Assembly: GCA_034435095.1 (NCBI GenBank)
Contig: DAOTYC010000060.1
Span: 2,577 to 66,576 of the forward strand
DNA: 64,000 bases
Direction of reading: 5' to 3'
Source of the DNA: Anaerolineae bacterium
GTDB lineage: Bacteria > Chloroflexota > Anaerolineae > DAOTYC01
Part shown: piece by piece, positions 36,864-45,622 of the stretch
How positions within the stretch are numbered: position 1 is the first letter of the stretch
Layout: every line of letters begins with the position of its first letter
Program-made: the position numbers and the translations under genes
The notes under the pieces: generated by a model
Databases searched by the model: none
Told to the model about the DNA's origin: nothing
Seen by the model: the letters and a program-made list of their open reading frames with translations, nothing else

Positions 36864-37547
36864 GTCCTCATACACCCAGTTGGCTTTCATTTTTCTCACG
36901 CCGCTTTGCGTAACACTGGCAGTAATCGTTCGACGACTGGTTTCCGAACGCCCGGAAAAGGCCCAATCACCTTTATCAAGCCTAGCAGCGTAAACGCCCT
37001 TGAAGCGAAACGGCTTAGATTCTACACCTCTTATCTTATCCCGCGATGTATTGCTGTCAAAATAGAATACCATAAGCCAAACAGGTTCTGGGTTATGTCC
37101 TTGCCAGCCACTTGCATGCCTTGAGGCTTTTATCTCGATCCCATCTTGCGCATATTGTACTGTATCATTGGGAAACTTCCCTCTGGGTATCAGGTCAGGA
37201 TGCCCATTGTGATATCGGTTTTTTACCAGGTAGGTGCAATGCTCGGGAATTCTGAGGCCCATAAACTCTCCCACAATGCTGCTAAAATTAGCTGGCATCA
37301 GAAAACTCTCAAGCCTGGGGAATCCTTTTGTGTGGAGTTGCTGGTTTATGAAGCCTAGAAAACTTGTGAGGTCTTCCATGGCTCGACGCACATGTTCGGT
37401 TGTCAAGCCATAAGGAAGACTGACTTCAGGATTAAAGCGGTTCGGGTTCACAGGTACAGGTGTACAAGCCGCGAATTCATCGAGCATTGTAGTTATCTCA
37501 CAGTCTTCTAAAATGTTTAACCATTGTCGAAACTCGGCCTGGCGCAC
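36855..37547 (-). CDS. putative Type II restriction endonuclease (PD-ExK)
   Basis: Convergent with the MTase and overlapping it by 9 nt. It carries GHPDLIP...DGIEIKAS (PD...ExK) and is AT-rich. The real start may be the internal MLDEF (~37487), which avoids overlap with the MFS 3' end. Confidence 0.55.
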   Translation of the reverse strand: MRQAEFRQWLNILEDCEITTMLDEFAACTPVPVNPNRFNPEVSLPYGLTTEHVRRAMEDLTSFLGFINQQLHTKGFPRLESFLMPANFSSIVGEFMGLRIPEHCTYLVKNRYHNGHPDLIPRGKFPNDTVQYAQDGIEIKASRHASGWQGHNPEPVWLMVFYFDSNTSRDKIRGVESKPFRFKGVYAARLDKGDWAFSGRSETSRRTITASVTQSGVRKMKANWVYEDLD

Positions 37548-38719
37548 CGCACATCATGCCCTCGATGGCTCGAATAGGCGAACGCACAGAGCAGGCCCAG
37601 TACAGGGGCGACTGTCAGCCATTGCAGACCGATGGTCAAAGAGGATTGGTCGGCAATGAAGCCCGTCAAAGACGCACCGACGCCGCCGGGCAACCAGCCG
37701 ATGCCAGTCGCCAGGGCGGAAGCGAGACCCACTCCACGCGGCCATGCCTCTTGCGCTGCGGCGATGGTCACCGGAAAACTGAACCCGATCAGAAAACCGA
37801 TGCAGCCGGTCAGCAGAGCCAGCCAATCTCCCGATGTGTGGATGAACAACCAGTGAGTCGGGGCGAGCAGGCCCAAGCCCAACGCCAACACTCGCCAGCG
37901 TCCAATCCGGTCGGACAGCGCGCCCCCGGCCAGGCAGCCGACGCCGACGGCTATAGACAGGATGGTCAGCGTCTGCCCACTTCTCACCAGCGACCAGCCC
38001 TGAGATTGCAGCCACTCCGCCAGGTAGGTGGAGAAGCTGAAATGATACCACGACCGGCACATGACGATCAGCGTGACAAGCGCCAACGCCAACAAGGACC
38101 CGGGGGGCGCGTCGGTCGGCCTTGCGTCGGCCAGTCGCCTGTCAAATGAGGCGTGGGCTGCCGCACGACGTCCCAGGTTCCATTCCCAGTATAAGAGCAC
38201 GGCTGTGCCCACGGCGATGGGCGCCAAAACCAGTGTGCCGGACAGGCCAAGCAGGCCGATAATGACCGTAATCAGGAGCGGGCTCAGGGCCGAACCGAGC
38301 GTGCCGCCCACGGAGAAGACCGCCAGCGCGCCACCCCGTTTGTCAGCATCCACCGATCCGGTGGAACTCGCGCCGGCTGGATGGAAAGCCGCCGAACCCA
38401 ACGCGCCAAATCCCACGACCAGAAGCAGCAGCCAATAGTTGCCCACCAGGCCAACCAGCCCCATGACGAGACCGATCCAGGCAACGCTGGCGACGACAAT
38501 GGCCCGCGGGCCCCATCTGTCGCTGAGATAGCCGAACAGCGGTTGAGCCAATGTATCGCCAATAATGGAGACAAAGGCCACGAACCCAACCTGGGTATAG
38601 GACAAACCCATAGTTGTGATCAGGATGGGATAGAGTACCGGCATGAAATTGTTGCACAGCTCAATGCTGAAATGAGCTAAAGCGATGGGGAAAATATGAC
38701 GGACTGTATCTCGACCCAT
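37517..38719 (-). CDS. MFS transporter
   Basis: 12 TM helices in an MFS-type arrangement. The C-terminal tail may be altered by the islet insertion. Confidence 0.8.
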   Translation of the reverse strand: MGRDTVRHIFPIALAHFSIELCNNFMPVLYPILITTMGLSYTQVGFVAFVSIIGDTLAQPLFGYLSDRWGPRAIVVASVAWIGLVMGLVGLVGNYWLLLLVVGFGALGSAAFHPAGASSTGSVDADKRGGALAVFSVGGTLGSALSPLLITVIIGLLGLSGTLVLAPIAVGTAVLLYWEWNLGRRAAAHASFDRRLADARPTDAPPGSLLALALVTLIVMCRSWYHFSFSTYLAEWLQSQGWSLVRSGQTLTILSIAVGVGCLAGGALSDRIGRWRVLALGLGLLAPTHWLFIHTSGDWLALLTGCIGFLIGFSFPVTIAAAQEAWPRGVGLASALATGIGWLPGGVGASLTGFIADQSSLTIGLQWLTVAPVLGLLCAFAYSSHRGHDVRCARPSFDNG

Positions 38720-38725
38720 GGACGC

Positions 38726-39457
38726 TTACTCTCGGCCTTCCAGGCCATGTGCCTCCAGGAGGGAGACATCGCTGAGTAAGTCAGCGGTAGGCCCATCGGC
38801 GACAATCACTCCCTCATCGAGAATGACCGTCCGCGAACACAGTTTGCGCGCCAGTCGCTCGTCATGGGTGGCAATTAACATTGTCTGAGGCAAAGTACGC
38901 AGAAGCTCAATCAACTTGCAGCGGCCGCGCGGGTCCAGGCCGGCCGATGGTTCGTCCAGCACCAGGACCTCCGGCGACATGGAAAGGACAGAGGCCAGGG
39001 CAGCACGTTTCCGCTCGCCAAGGCTGAGGTGATGCGGCATGCGCTGCTCGAACCCCTGCAGATTGACCTGCTGCAAAGCCCAATCCACCCGTTCACGCAC
39101 CTCGACTGGCGACAGTCCCATGTAGATGGGCCCGTACGCCACGTCATCCATCACCGTTGGCGAGAAGAGTTGGTCATCCGGGTTATCGAAGATGACTCCC
39201 ACCTTTGACCGGATCAGACCGAGGTTGCGTTCGTTCAGTTCGATGCCCATGATCCAGATAACCCCGTGGCTGGGCAGCGTACCGTTGAGGTGCAGCAAGA
39301 GGGTAGATTTACCGGCCCCGTTCGGCCCCATCAGCGCGACTTTCTCACCAACGGCGACGTTCAGGTAGACGTCGCGCAAAGCCACCCGACCATCCTGATA
39401 GCTGTAAGACAGACCCCGCACCTCGATGGCCAGGCGCGGGGAAGCGACATGTTCCAA
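38726..39457 (-). CDS. cbiO: ECF/cobalt-type ABC transporter ATP-binding protein (CbiO/EcfA)
   Basis: Walker A GPNGAGKST, signature LSLGERKRAALA, Walker B LVLDEPSAGLD. Confidence 0.85.
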   Translation of the reverse strand: MEHVASPRLAIEVRGLSYSYQDGRVALRDVYLNVAVGEKVALMGPNGAGKSTLLLHLNGTLPSHGVIWIMGIELNERNLGLIRSKVGVIFDNPDDQLFSPTVMDDVAYGPIYMGLSPVEVRERVDWALQQVNLQGFEQRMPHHLSLGERKRAALASVLSMSPEVLVLDEPSAGLDPRGRCKLIELLRTLPQTMLIATHDERLARKLCSRTVILDEGVIVADGPTADLLSDVSLLEAHGLEGRE

Positions 39458-39510
39458 AGCGGCATTCCTCCTGATAGGCTATGCCAAAAGGATTTTGTGG
39501 GAATCAAGAA

Positions 39511-40332
39511 TCAGAAGACACCCGGCGACAACACTGAATAGGATAATACCACAACTGCGAGGATTAGCAAAGAGGTGCCGGCGACCAGGGCATCTTGCCC
39601 TTGCAGCCGCAACTGTTGAGCAGAACGTATCTCACCATCGAAGCCTCGCGCGCGCATCGCCAGGTAGATGCGCTCGCTTCGTTCGTAGCTGCGGAGGAAC
39701 AGCGTCCCGGCCATCTGGCCCGTCACTTTGGCGCGCCAGGCCAGCGTGCCGCCTGCCTGCCTGTCGGGGCGCGCGCTGCGCGCGTCGCGGGCGGCCATCA
39801 TCCGCCTCACTTCGTCTACCAGCACAAACAGGTAACGGTACATAAAGCCCAACATTGACACCAGCAGAGGGGGCAGTCCCAAACTGCGCAGGCCACACAA
39901 CAGTTGAGTGAACGGCGTGGTAGCTGACAGGATGAGCGCGGCCTGGAGACCAAGCCAGGATTTCAGGAGGATAGACAGGAAGCGGACAAGGCCCTCGGCC
40001 GTGGCCGTCAGGTGCAACGACCCCCAGGCCACGCTGAACAGCGGCTGCCCGGGCGTGGTAAACACCAGGGCCAGGGCAGCGAGCGCGAACGGCAAAGCTA
40101 CGGTGGAGCGACTGAGCATGGCGCCGAGAGGCAGGCGAGCAGCCCAGATTGCAAGCAGGATCAAGCCCCAAAAAGCCAGCGGCCAACTGAAGTGGACATC
40201 GAGCGGCAGGCTGGTCAGCACGACGATGTACAGCACAACTACTGCCAGCTTGACGCGGGCATCCAGACGATGCACCGGACTGGAGCGCGATATATACGGC
40301 TCAAGCTCGAACATGTTGATTGTCACTGTCAA
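39511..40332 (-). CDS. cbiQ: ECF transporter T component (CbiQ/EcfT)
   Basis: HRLDARVKLAVVVLYIVVL and the conserved TM core. Confidence 0.8.
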   Translation of the reverse strand: MTVTINMFELEPYISRSSPVHRLDARVKLAVVVLYIVVLTSLPLDVHFSWPLAFWGLILLAIWAARLPLGAMLSRSTVALPFALAALALVFTTPGQPLFSVAWGSLHLTATAEGLVRFLSILLKSWLGLQAALILSATTPFTQLLCGLRSLGLPPLLVSMLGFMYRYLFVLVDEVRRMMAARDARSARPDRQAGGTLAWRAKVTGQMAGTLFLRSYERSERIYLAMRARGFDGEIRSAQQLRLQGQDALVAGTSLLILAVVVLSYSVLSPGVF

Positions 40333-40622
40333 ATTCCGGCGGACTTGTTCTGTGTCTTAAGCCAGCTTGCCAACCCATATCCCAGCGCAAACAGGAGAAG
40401 CGTGCCCACCACTCCGGCCACAATGGTCGCCAGGGCTTCATCAGGAATGCCGGGAAACACATAATCGGGAATGATGTGATAAAACGGCTCGGTGGCACGG
40501 TCAATGAAGCCATGATCTTCGGCCACGCGCTCCAGCCCATCAGGGTATGAAGACGCCAAAGGAGATGCCACAGCCAATAGCAACGCGACGAACAAGGCGA
40601 TAAGCCACCAACCCCTTTTCAT
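40329..40622 (-). CDS. PDGLE-domain membrane protein (CbiN-like accessory component)
   Basis: SSYPDGLERVAEDHGFIDRATEP flanked by two TM helices. Confidence 0.65.
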   Translation of the reverse strand: MKRGWWLIALFVALLLAVASPLASSYPDGLERVAEDHGFIDRATEPFYHIIPDYVFPGIPDEALATIVAGVVGTLLLFALGYGLASWLKTQNKSAGI

Positions 40623-40628
40623 TGTTCC

Positions 40629-41291
40629 TTACCCCCTCTCACCAATAGTTGACAAGGTCGGTCCATAGCTCAACAGGTCGCGCCGTGTGGCGTAAATCAA
40701 CGCCATCGCCGCAGTGGTGATCAGGCCCTCGCCAATACCAATCAGGGCATGAACGCTGCCCATAGCCGGGATGGCCAGGCCAAACGGCGAAGTCCCCGAC
40801 AATCCCAGCTCAACAGCGCAAGCCAGTGAGGCAATCACGATAGACAACCATGCCGCACCAAACCGACTGATCCATAACCCCACCGAATTTTTGCCAACAA
40901 TTTGGGTCAATACCAGGTAAGTAAGATAGGCGGAGAATGTGCCGACGACGGCCATATTGGTAATGTTGGCGCCCAGCACGATCAGGCCGCCGTCCTGGAA
41001 CAGCAGGGCCTGGACAGCGACGACGCAGGTCATGATCAGCACACTCACCCACGGCCCGACCAGCAGTGTAGCCAACGCTGCACCGAGGAAATGTCCTGAT
41101 GTGCCGCCAGCGACGGTGAAATTGAGCATCTGGGCGGCGAAGATGAAAGCTGCCAAGACGCCGGTGAGCGGGACCTGCCGCTCACCCAGGGCATGTCGGC
41201 TGCGGGTCAGGGCAAGCCAGATGAAAAAGACGGCAACAATCCACAACACAGCCGAAACCGCCGTGCTCAGGAAACCGTCTGGAATGTGCAT
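40629..41291 (-). CDS. cbiM: CbiM/NikM-type substrate-capture component
   Basis: N-terminus MHIPDGFLS at the internal ATG ~41291, and a polytopic membrane core. Confidence 0.8.
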   Translation of the reverse strand: MHIPDGFLSTAVSAVLWIVAVFFIWLALTRSRHALGERQVPLTGVLAAFIFAAQMLNFTVAGGTSGHFLGAALATLLVGPWVSVLIMTCVVAVQALLFQDGGLIVLGANITNMAVVGTFSAYLTYLVLTQIVGKNSVGLWISRFGAAWLSIVIASLACAVELGLSGTSPFGLAIPAMGSVHALIGIGEGLITTAAMALIYATRRDLLSYGPTLSTIGERG

Positions 41292-41424
41292 CGGTTGTTC
41301 CGTCACGCGTTCGGTAACCAATGGAGCAATCGTAAACAACATCTTAACCTCCTTTGTGTCATTTTGCCTTCCGAGCTCCCCCACGGCGCGTGGGCGCGCC
41401 GCTCATTGGGGAAGAAACACCGCC

Positions 41425-41512
41425 CTATCCCGTCATTCTGAGCGAAGCGAAGAATCTCGCGCTGGCAGGCGTTGAGATTCTTCGGCGCTACCGCGCCTCA
41501 GAATGACGGAAC
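41425..41512. repeat. REP-like palindromic intergenic repeat, copy B
   Basis: ccCGTCATTCTGAGCGAAGCGAAGAATCTC-15 nt-GAGATTCTTCGgcgctaccgcgcCTCAGAATGACGG. The right arm carries a 13-nt insertion. Confidence 0.55.
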
Positions 41513-41558
41513 AGGGTAGTTTCCTAGTAGAGCGACAGGGTGTCGCCCGGCAGGCTCA

Positions 41559-41587
41559 CAAAACAAAAGACCACCTTCGCCTGGTCT
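41559..41587 (-). terminator. rho-independent terminator (minus strand) downstream of the HpcH aldolase gene, inside the cbiM upstream region
   Basis: Minus-strand AGACCA-ggcgaagg-TGGTCT followed by TTTGTTTTG. Confidence 0.5.
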
Positions 41588-41762
41588 TCAGACCGGCTCA
41601 AGGTGATCTTCAGATCTACCCTAACGGCTATTACAAGACTGGGGTCAAGATCCCCGTCCGTCAGACTTCATGCCTGACAGAAGCAAGAGTCTTTATAACA
41701 CGGAAACACAGCGCTGTCAAATGCGACCAGTTCCGCCAATGATTCGGACGTAACCTTGCGGT

Positions 41763-42539
41763 CTATTTCAGCGCAGAACGCAGGGCCTTCAGAGCGTTTT
41801 GAGAAGCGTTCATGATCATGGGAATATCGCCCGACCACGTGATGACGCGCATACCTTTGGCCATCCACTCCTTCAAGTGATCGACGTTCCCGGTGTGAAT
41901 GCCGGCCGCCACGCCATGTTTCTGGCAGGCAGCAATCACTTTTTCTATGCTCGCCACCTCAAGCGGATGGGTCAGCTCCCCCGGGATGCCCAGCGACACC
42001 GATAGGTCATTCGGGCCAATCAGAGCAACGTCCACGCCCGGAACGGACACCATCTCGTCAATGTTCTCGATAGCCTCGCGGCTCTCAATCTGAATGATAA
42101 CCAGTGTGTGTTCATTGGCCCATTCCATGAATTCCTTGGTGGGAATACTGAGGTAGTCCGAATGGGCGCGCTGCACTGCGCAGCCTCGCTCGCCCAGTGG
42201 CGGGTACTTCATGTAACTCACCACCCGGCGCACCTGGTCTGGCGTGTCCACTCTGGGGACCATCAGGCCTTGCGCGCCGGCGTCGAGTGGGCGCGACATG
42301 AGGAAATACACCAGGTCGGGCACGCGGATGAACGGCGCGATGCCGGCCAGCCGCGCCACCCTGACCATGTCGGCGACGGTTTGCAAGTCGTAAGGGCCGT
42401 GCTCCATGTCAATGAAGAAGAAATCGAAGCCCGCCGCAGCGAGGATCTGGGCGATGCCAGGCGAACGCACCTCCTGAACCATCGTGCCGAAAACGGTCTC
42501 GCCGCGTTTGAGGGCGAGCTTGACCCTGTTCTCCCTCAT
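41763..42539 (-). CDS. HpcH/HpaI-family aldolase (2-keto-3-deoxy-sugar-acid aldolase-like)
   Basis: GTMVQEVRSPGIAQILAAAGFDFFFIDMEHGPYD...GAQGLMVPRVDTPDQ. Confidence 0.8.
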   Translation of the reverse strand: MRENRVKLALKRGETVFGTMVQEVRSPGIAQILAAAGFDFFFIDMEHGPYDLQTVADMVRVARLAGIAPFIRVPDLVYFLMSRPLDAGAQGLMVPRVDTPDQVRRVVSYMKYPPLGERGCAVQRAHSDYLSIPTKEFMEWANEHTLVIIQIESREAIENIDEMVSVPGVDVALIGPNDLSVSLGIPGELTHPLEVASIEKVIAACQKHGVAAGIHTGNVDHLKEWMAKGMRVITWSGDIPMIMNASQNALKALRSALK

Positions 42540-42715
42540 GGCTTTTGCTCTTTCTCTTGTGCCTGTGGTTCATCGTAGACGCCGGACGACGCTTTCCTGA
42601 ACTCGCGGATGGCTTTGCCCAAAGCACCTCCGACATCGCCCAGCTTGCCAACCCCAAACACCAGGACAACGATCACCAGGATAATGATGAGCTCCGGAAC
42701 TCCAAGGTGAGGCAT
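42536..42715 (-). CDS. tatA: twin-arginine translocase subunit TatA/E
   Basis: 59 aa, MPHLGVPELIIILVIVVLVFGVGKLGDVGGALGKAIREFRKAS... Its stop overlaps the aldolase start (ATGA). It is below the ORF-track cutoff. Confidence 0.8.
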   Translation of the reverse strand: MPHLGVPELIIILVIVVLVFGVGKLGDVGGALGKAIREFRKASSGVYDEPQAQEKEQKP

Positions 42716-42811
42716 ATTGCTTCCCTCCTGACAAGGTAAAGAAATTCAGGGCATAAATGGCCCTTGCCAAAAAGGCCGAAAAACTTCACACGATAGGGTA
42801 ATTTCTAAACC

Positions 42812-43012
42812 CTACCCCTTTGTCTCTTCTTCTGATTTCCTGGCTTCGGCGAGCTCTTTCTTCGGTTGATCATCCTCGCCAGAGGACGCCTTCTTGAACT
42901 CGCGGATGCCTCTGCCAAGCGCACCTCCCAGATCGCCCAGTTTCCCCACACCGAACACGATTACGATAATTACCAGAATAATCAGCAGCTCTGTAACACC
43001 AAGATGAGGCAT
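42812..43012 (-). CDS. tatA: twin-arginine translocase subunit TatA/E (second paralog)
   Basis: MPHLGVTELLIILVIIVIVFGVGKLGDLGGALGRGIREFKKAS..., starting at the internal ATG ~43012. Confidence 0.8.
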   Translation of the reverse strand: MPHLGVTELLIILVIIVIVFGVGKLGDLGGALGRGIREFKKASSGEDDQPKKELAEARKSEEETKG

Positions 43013-43195
43013 GACCCGACCCTCCTTATGCCAATAATCCGTGGCGCGTACCTGACGCGCACTGCGACGCCGACTTGCCCTCCGCCGGCACACCACGTGA
43101 AACACAACGCAGCATGGCCGTATGTCGAAGCAGTTCTTTACCCATTATAACACAGAAACGACCAGCCGACAAGTTCGGGCAACCTGGGGGTGCAT

Positions 43196-43300
43196 CCAGA
43201 ATTTTAGGCGAGTCAGCAGAAGCCTCAACTGCGTCATGCTGAGCCGAAGCCCTGAGCGCAGCGAAGGGGCAGCGAAGAATCTCAAACCACGAAGCACACG
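43196..43300. repeat. REP-like repeat, copy C (left module conserved, right arm degenerate)
   Basis: ggtgcatccagaattttaggcgagtcagcagaagcctcaactgcGTCATGCTGAGCcgaagccctgagcgCAGCGAAGgggcagcGAAGAATCTC. This shares ~70 nt with copy A. It is followed by a cacgaagca x3 micro-repeat. Confidence 0.5.
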
Positions 43301-43342
43301 AAGCACACGAAGAGAATCAATGTTTGCTCAGCTATGTCTTTT

Positions 43343-43371
43343 TTGCAACCTAACGGGCTCTATGGTAAAAT
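43343..43371 (+). promoter_or_regulatory. sigma70-like promoter for xpt-guaA
   Basis: TTGCAA-17 nt-TAAAAT with a ~46-nt leader carrying a GGGGGGAGGG RBS. Confidence 0.4.
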
Positions 43372-43423
43372 TAGAGTAAGCAAAACGCATCTTGTCACAA
43401 GGGGGGAGGGAACAGCAGGTTTT

Positions 43424-43993
43424 ATGCAGGCGTTGAAGGAGAGAATCTTGCGGGAGGGCCGCAATCTGGGCCGGGGCATTCTAAAGGTAGACAGTTTCAT
43501 CAACCACCAGGTTGACCCTATCCTGACAATGGAAATGGGCCAGGAACTGGGGCGACGGTTCGCCGATGTCGGGGCCACCAAGGTCTTGACCGCTGAGATT
43601 TCAGGCATCGCCCCGGCGTTGATGACCGCCTTCGCGCTGGGAATTCCGGTGGTCTATGCGCGCAAACACAAGCCGATTACCATGCCCGAACAGGCCTATA
43701 TTCAGAGTGCGCCATCGCACACCAAAGGGCGGCAGGTTGAGCTGATCGTTTCGCCGGAGTTCCTGTCTGCCCAGGATCGGGTGTTGATCATTGATGATTT
43801 CCTGGCGACCGGCAATACCATTGCCGCATTGATCCGCATCGTGGAAGAGAGCGGGGCGACGCTGGTCGGCATCGGCGCGGTGATTGAGAAGACCTTCGAG
43901 GGGGGACGGGCCGCCCTGGCCGGTCTGAACGTGCCAATCGAGAGCCTGGCCATCATCACCGACATGAGCGACGGTAAGATCGTCATCGCCTGA
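43424..43993 (+). CDS. xpt: xanthine phosphoribosyltransferase
   Basis: MQALKERILREGRNLGRGILKVDSFINHQVDP...VLIIDDFLATGNTIAAL (PRPP motif). Confidence 0.85.
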   Translation: MQALKERILREGRNLGRGILKVDSFINHQVDPILTMEMGQELGRRFADVGATKVLTAEISGIAPALMTAFALGIPVVYARKHKPITMPEQAYIQSAPSHTKGRQVELIVSPEFLSAQDRVLIIDDFLATGNTIAALIRIVEESGATLVGIGAVIEKTFEGGRAALAGLNVPIESLAIITDMSDGKIVIA

Positions 43994-44014
43994 CCTGCAT
44001 GGGGGACCGCATCC

Positions 44015-45619
44015 ATGAACGCAGTTGGGAAAAATAACGCCTTTCGGCCCGATGTCCGGGAAAGCGTCGTCGTCATTGATTTCGGCTCGCAGTACAGCCA
44101 ACTCATTGCGCGCCGGGTGCGCGAGTGCAACGTCTACTCCGAACTCATCCCCTACTACGCTGACCGCGCCGAGTTTGAACGCCTTTCGCCTAAGGGCTAC
44201 ATCTTGTCCGGCGGGCCAATGAGCGTGAATGACGAGAGCGCGCCGCATCTGCCCGATTTCGTTCTGGCGAGCGGCCTGCCGGTGCTGGGCATCTGCTATG
44301 GCCTGCAATTGTTGGCCTACCATCTGGGCGGCCGGGTGACCGGCGCAGACCGGGCCGAGTATGGCCTGGCGCAGTTGAAGGTTCTTGCGCCGGAGGCCAA
44401 AATCTGGAAGGGTATTCCCTTGGATGGACAGCGAGACGCCCCGCCAACGCTGCCGGTCTGGATGAGCCACTGGGACCAGGTGACTGCTTTGCCGCCTGGT
44501 TTCAAGGTGCTGGCGGCGACCGAGAACGCGCCCATCGCAGCTATGGCCGACGAGTCGCGCGCCCTCTACGGAGTGCAATTCCACCCTGAAGTGGCGCACA
44601 CAGCTTACGGCCTGCAGATGCTGCGCAATTTCGTTTTCGAGGTCTGCGGCTGCCGCGGCGATTGGACGCCCCAGCAGTTCATTGACCAGAGCATTACGGC
44701 CATCCGCGAACGCGTGGGAGATGGGCAGGTGGTGTGCGGTCTCAGCGGCGGCGTGGACTCGGCGGTGGTCGCCACGCTGTTGCATCGGGCCCTCGGCGAC
44801 CAGTTGACCTGTATCTTTGTTGACACCGGCCTGCTCCGCCTGGACGAGCCGCAACAGGTCGTGCATACCTTTCGGGACAGATTGGGGATGCGCCTGATCG
44901 CAGTTGACGCATCGAGCGACTTCCTGGCTGCGTTGGCGGGCGTCACAGATCCGGAAGAAAAGCGGAAACGTATAGGCGAGAAATTCATCCGCGTTTTCGA
45001 GCGGGAGGCGCGCAAGCTGGGACGGGTGGATTTCCTGGCGCAGGGTACGCTCTACCCCGACGTCATCGAGAGCACCGCGCCCGACCGGAATGTCGCCGCG
45101 CGCATCAAGACTCATCACAACGTGGGCGGCCTGCCGCCTGATATGCAGTTCCAGTTGGTCGAGCCGCTGCGCTACCTGTTCAAGGATGAAGTCCGGCGCG
45201 TGGGCGAGGAGTTGGGCCTGCCAGACGAAATCGTGTGGCGGCACCCCTTCCCAGGCCCGGGTCTGGCCGTGAGGATTCTGGGGGAGGTGACGCCTGAGCG
45301 ATTGCAGACGTTGCGCCAGGCTGACGCCATAGTCCTGGCCGAACTGCGCAAGGCGGGCCTCTACCGGCGGACGGCGCAGGCCTTTGCAGTGCTGTTGCCG
45401 GTGCGCAGCGTAGGCGTGATGGGTGACGAACGGACTTACGCCCATGTGGTCGCCGTGCGGGCGGTGACGACCGAAGATTTCATGACGTCTGACTGGGCGC
45501 GGCTGCCGTATGAGGTATTGGCAACCATATCAAACCGAATCGTCAACGAGGTGCGCGGCGTGAACCGTGTGGTATACGACATCTCCAGCAAGCCGCCAGC
45601 GACGATCGAGTGGGAGTGA
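44015..45619 (+). CDS. guaA: GMP synthase (glutamine-hydrolysing)
   Basis: GATase [22 protein letters not shown]-loop SGGVDSAV, and C-terminal [19 protein letters not shown]. Confidence 0.9.
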   Translation: MNAVGKNNAFRPDVRESVVVIDFGSQYSQLIARRVRECNVYSELIPYYADRAEFERLSPKGYILSGGPMSVNDESAPHLPDFVLASGLPVLGICYGLQLLAYHLGGRVTGADRAEYGLAQLKVLAPEAKIWKGIPLDGQRDAPPTLPVWMSHWDQVTALPPGFKVLAATENAPIAAMADESRALYGVQFHPEVAHTAYGLQMLRNFVFEVCGCRGDWTPQQFIDQSITAIRERVGDGQVVCGLSGGVDSAVVATLLHRALGDQLTCIFVDTGLLRLDEPQQVVHTFRDRLGMRLIAVDASSDFLAALAGVTDPEEKRKRIGEKFIRVFEREARKLGRVDFLAQGTLYPDVIESTAPDRNVAARIKTHHNVGGLPPDMQFQLVEPLRYLFKDEVRRVGEELGLPDEIVWRHPFPGPGLAVRILGEVTPERLQTLRQADAIVLAELRKAGLYRRTAQAFAVLLPVRSVGVMGDERTYAHVVAVRAVTTEDFMTSDWARLPYEVLATISNRIVNEVRGVNRVVYDISSKPPATIEWE

Positions 45620-45622
45620 CGC

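Larger units (their letters stand above)
35566..37520. other. ~2-kb low-GC genomic islet carrying a Type II restriction-modification system (Phd/YefM-like, MTase, REase), likely horizontally acquired
   Basis: Local GC drops sharply by eye (~40-48% against ~60% flanks) and the codon usage is AT-rich (ata, aga, tta). The left junction abuts the truncated desaturase remnant. The right junction overlaps the 3' end of the MFS gene. Confidence 0.5.

Noticed and set aside
43300-43423. Possible purine riboswitch upstream of xpt-guaA
   Set aside because: The leader is only ~46 nt from the predicted promoter. It lacks the conserved UAUA...GAUAUGG...GUUUCUACC...CCGUAAA elements.
43601-45445. 614-aa minus-strand ORF
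   Set aside because: It is antisense to the clearly homologous guaA/xpt coding region. It is a typical spurious long ORF in high-GC DNA with no recognisable motifs.
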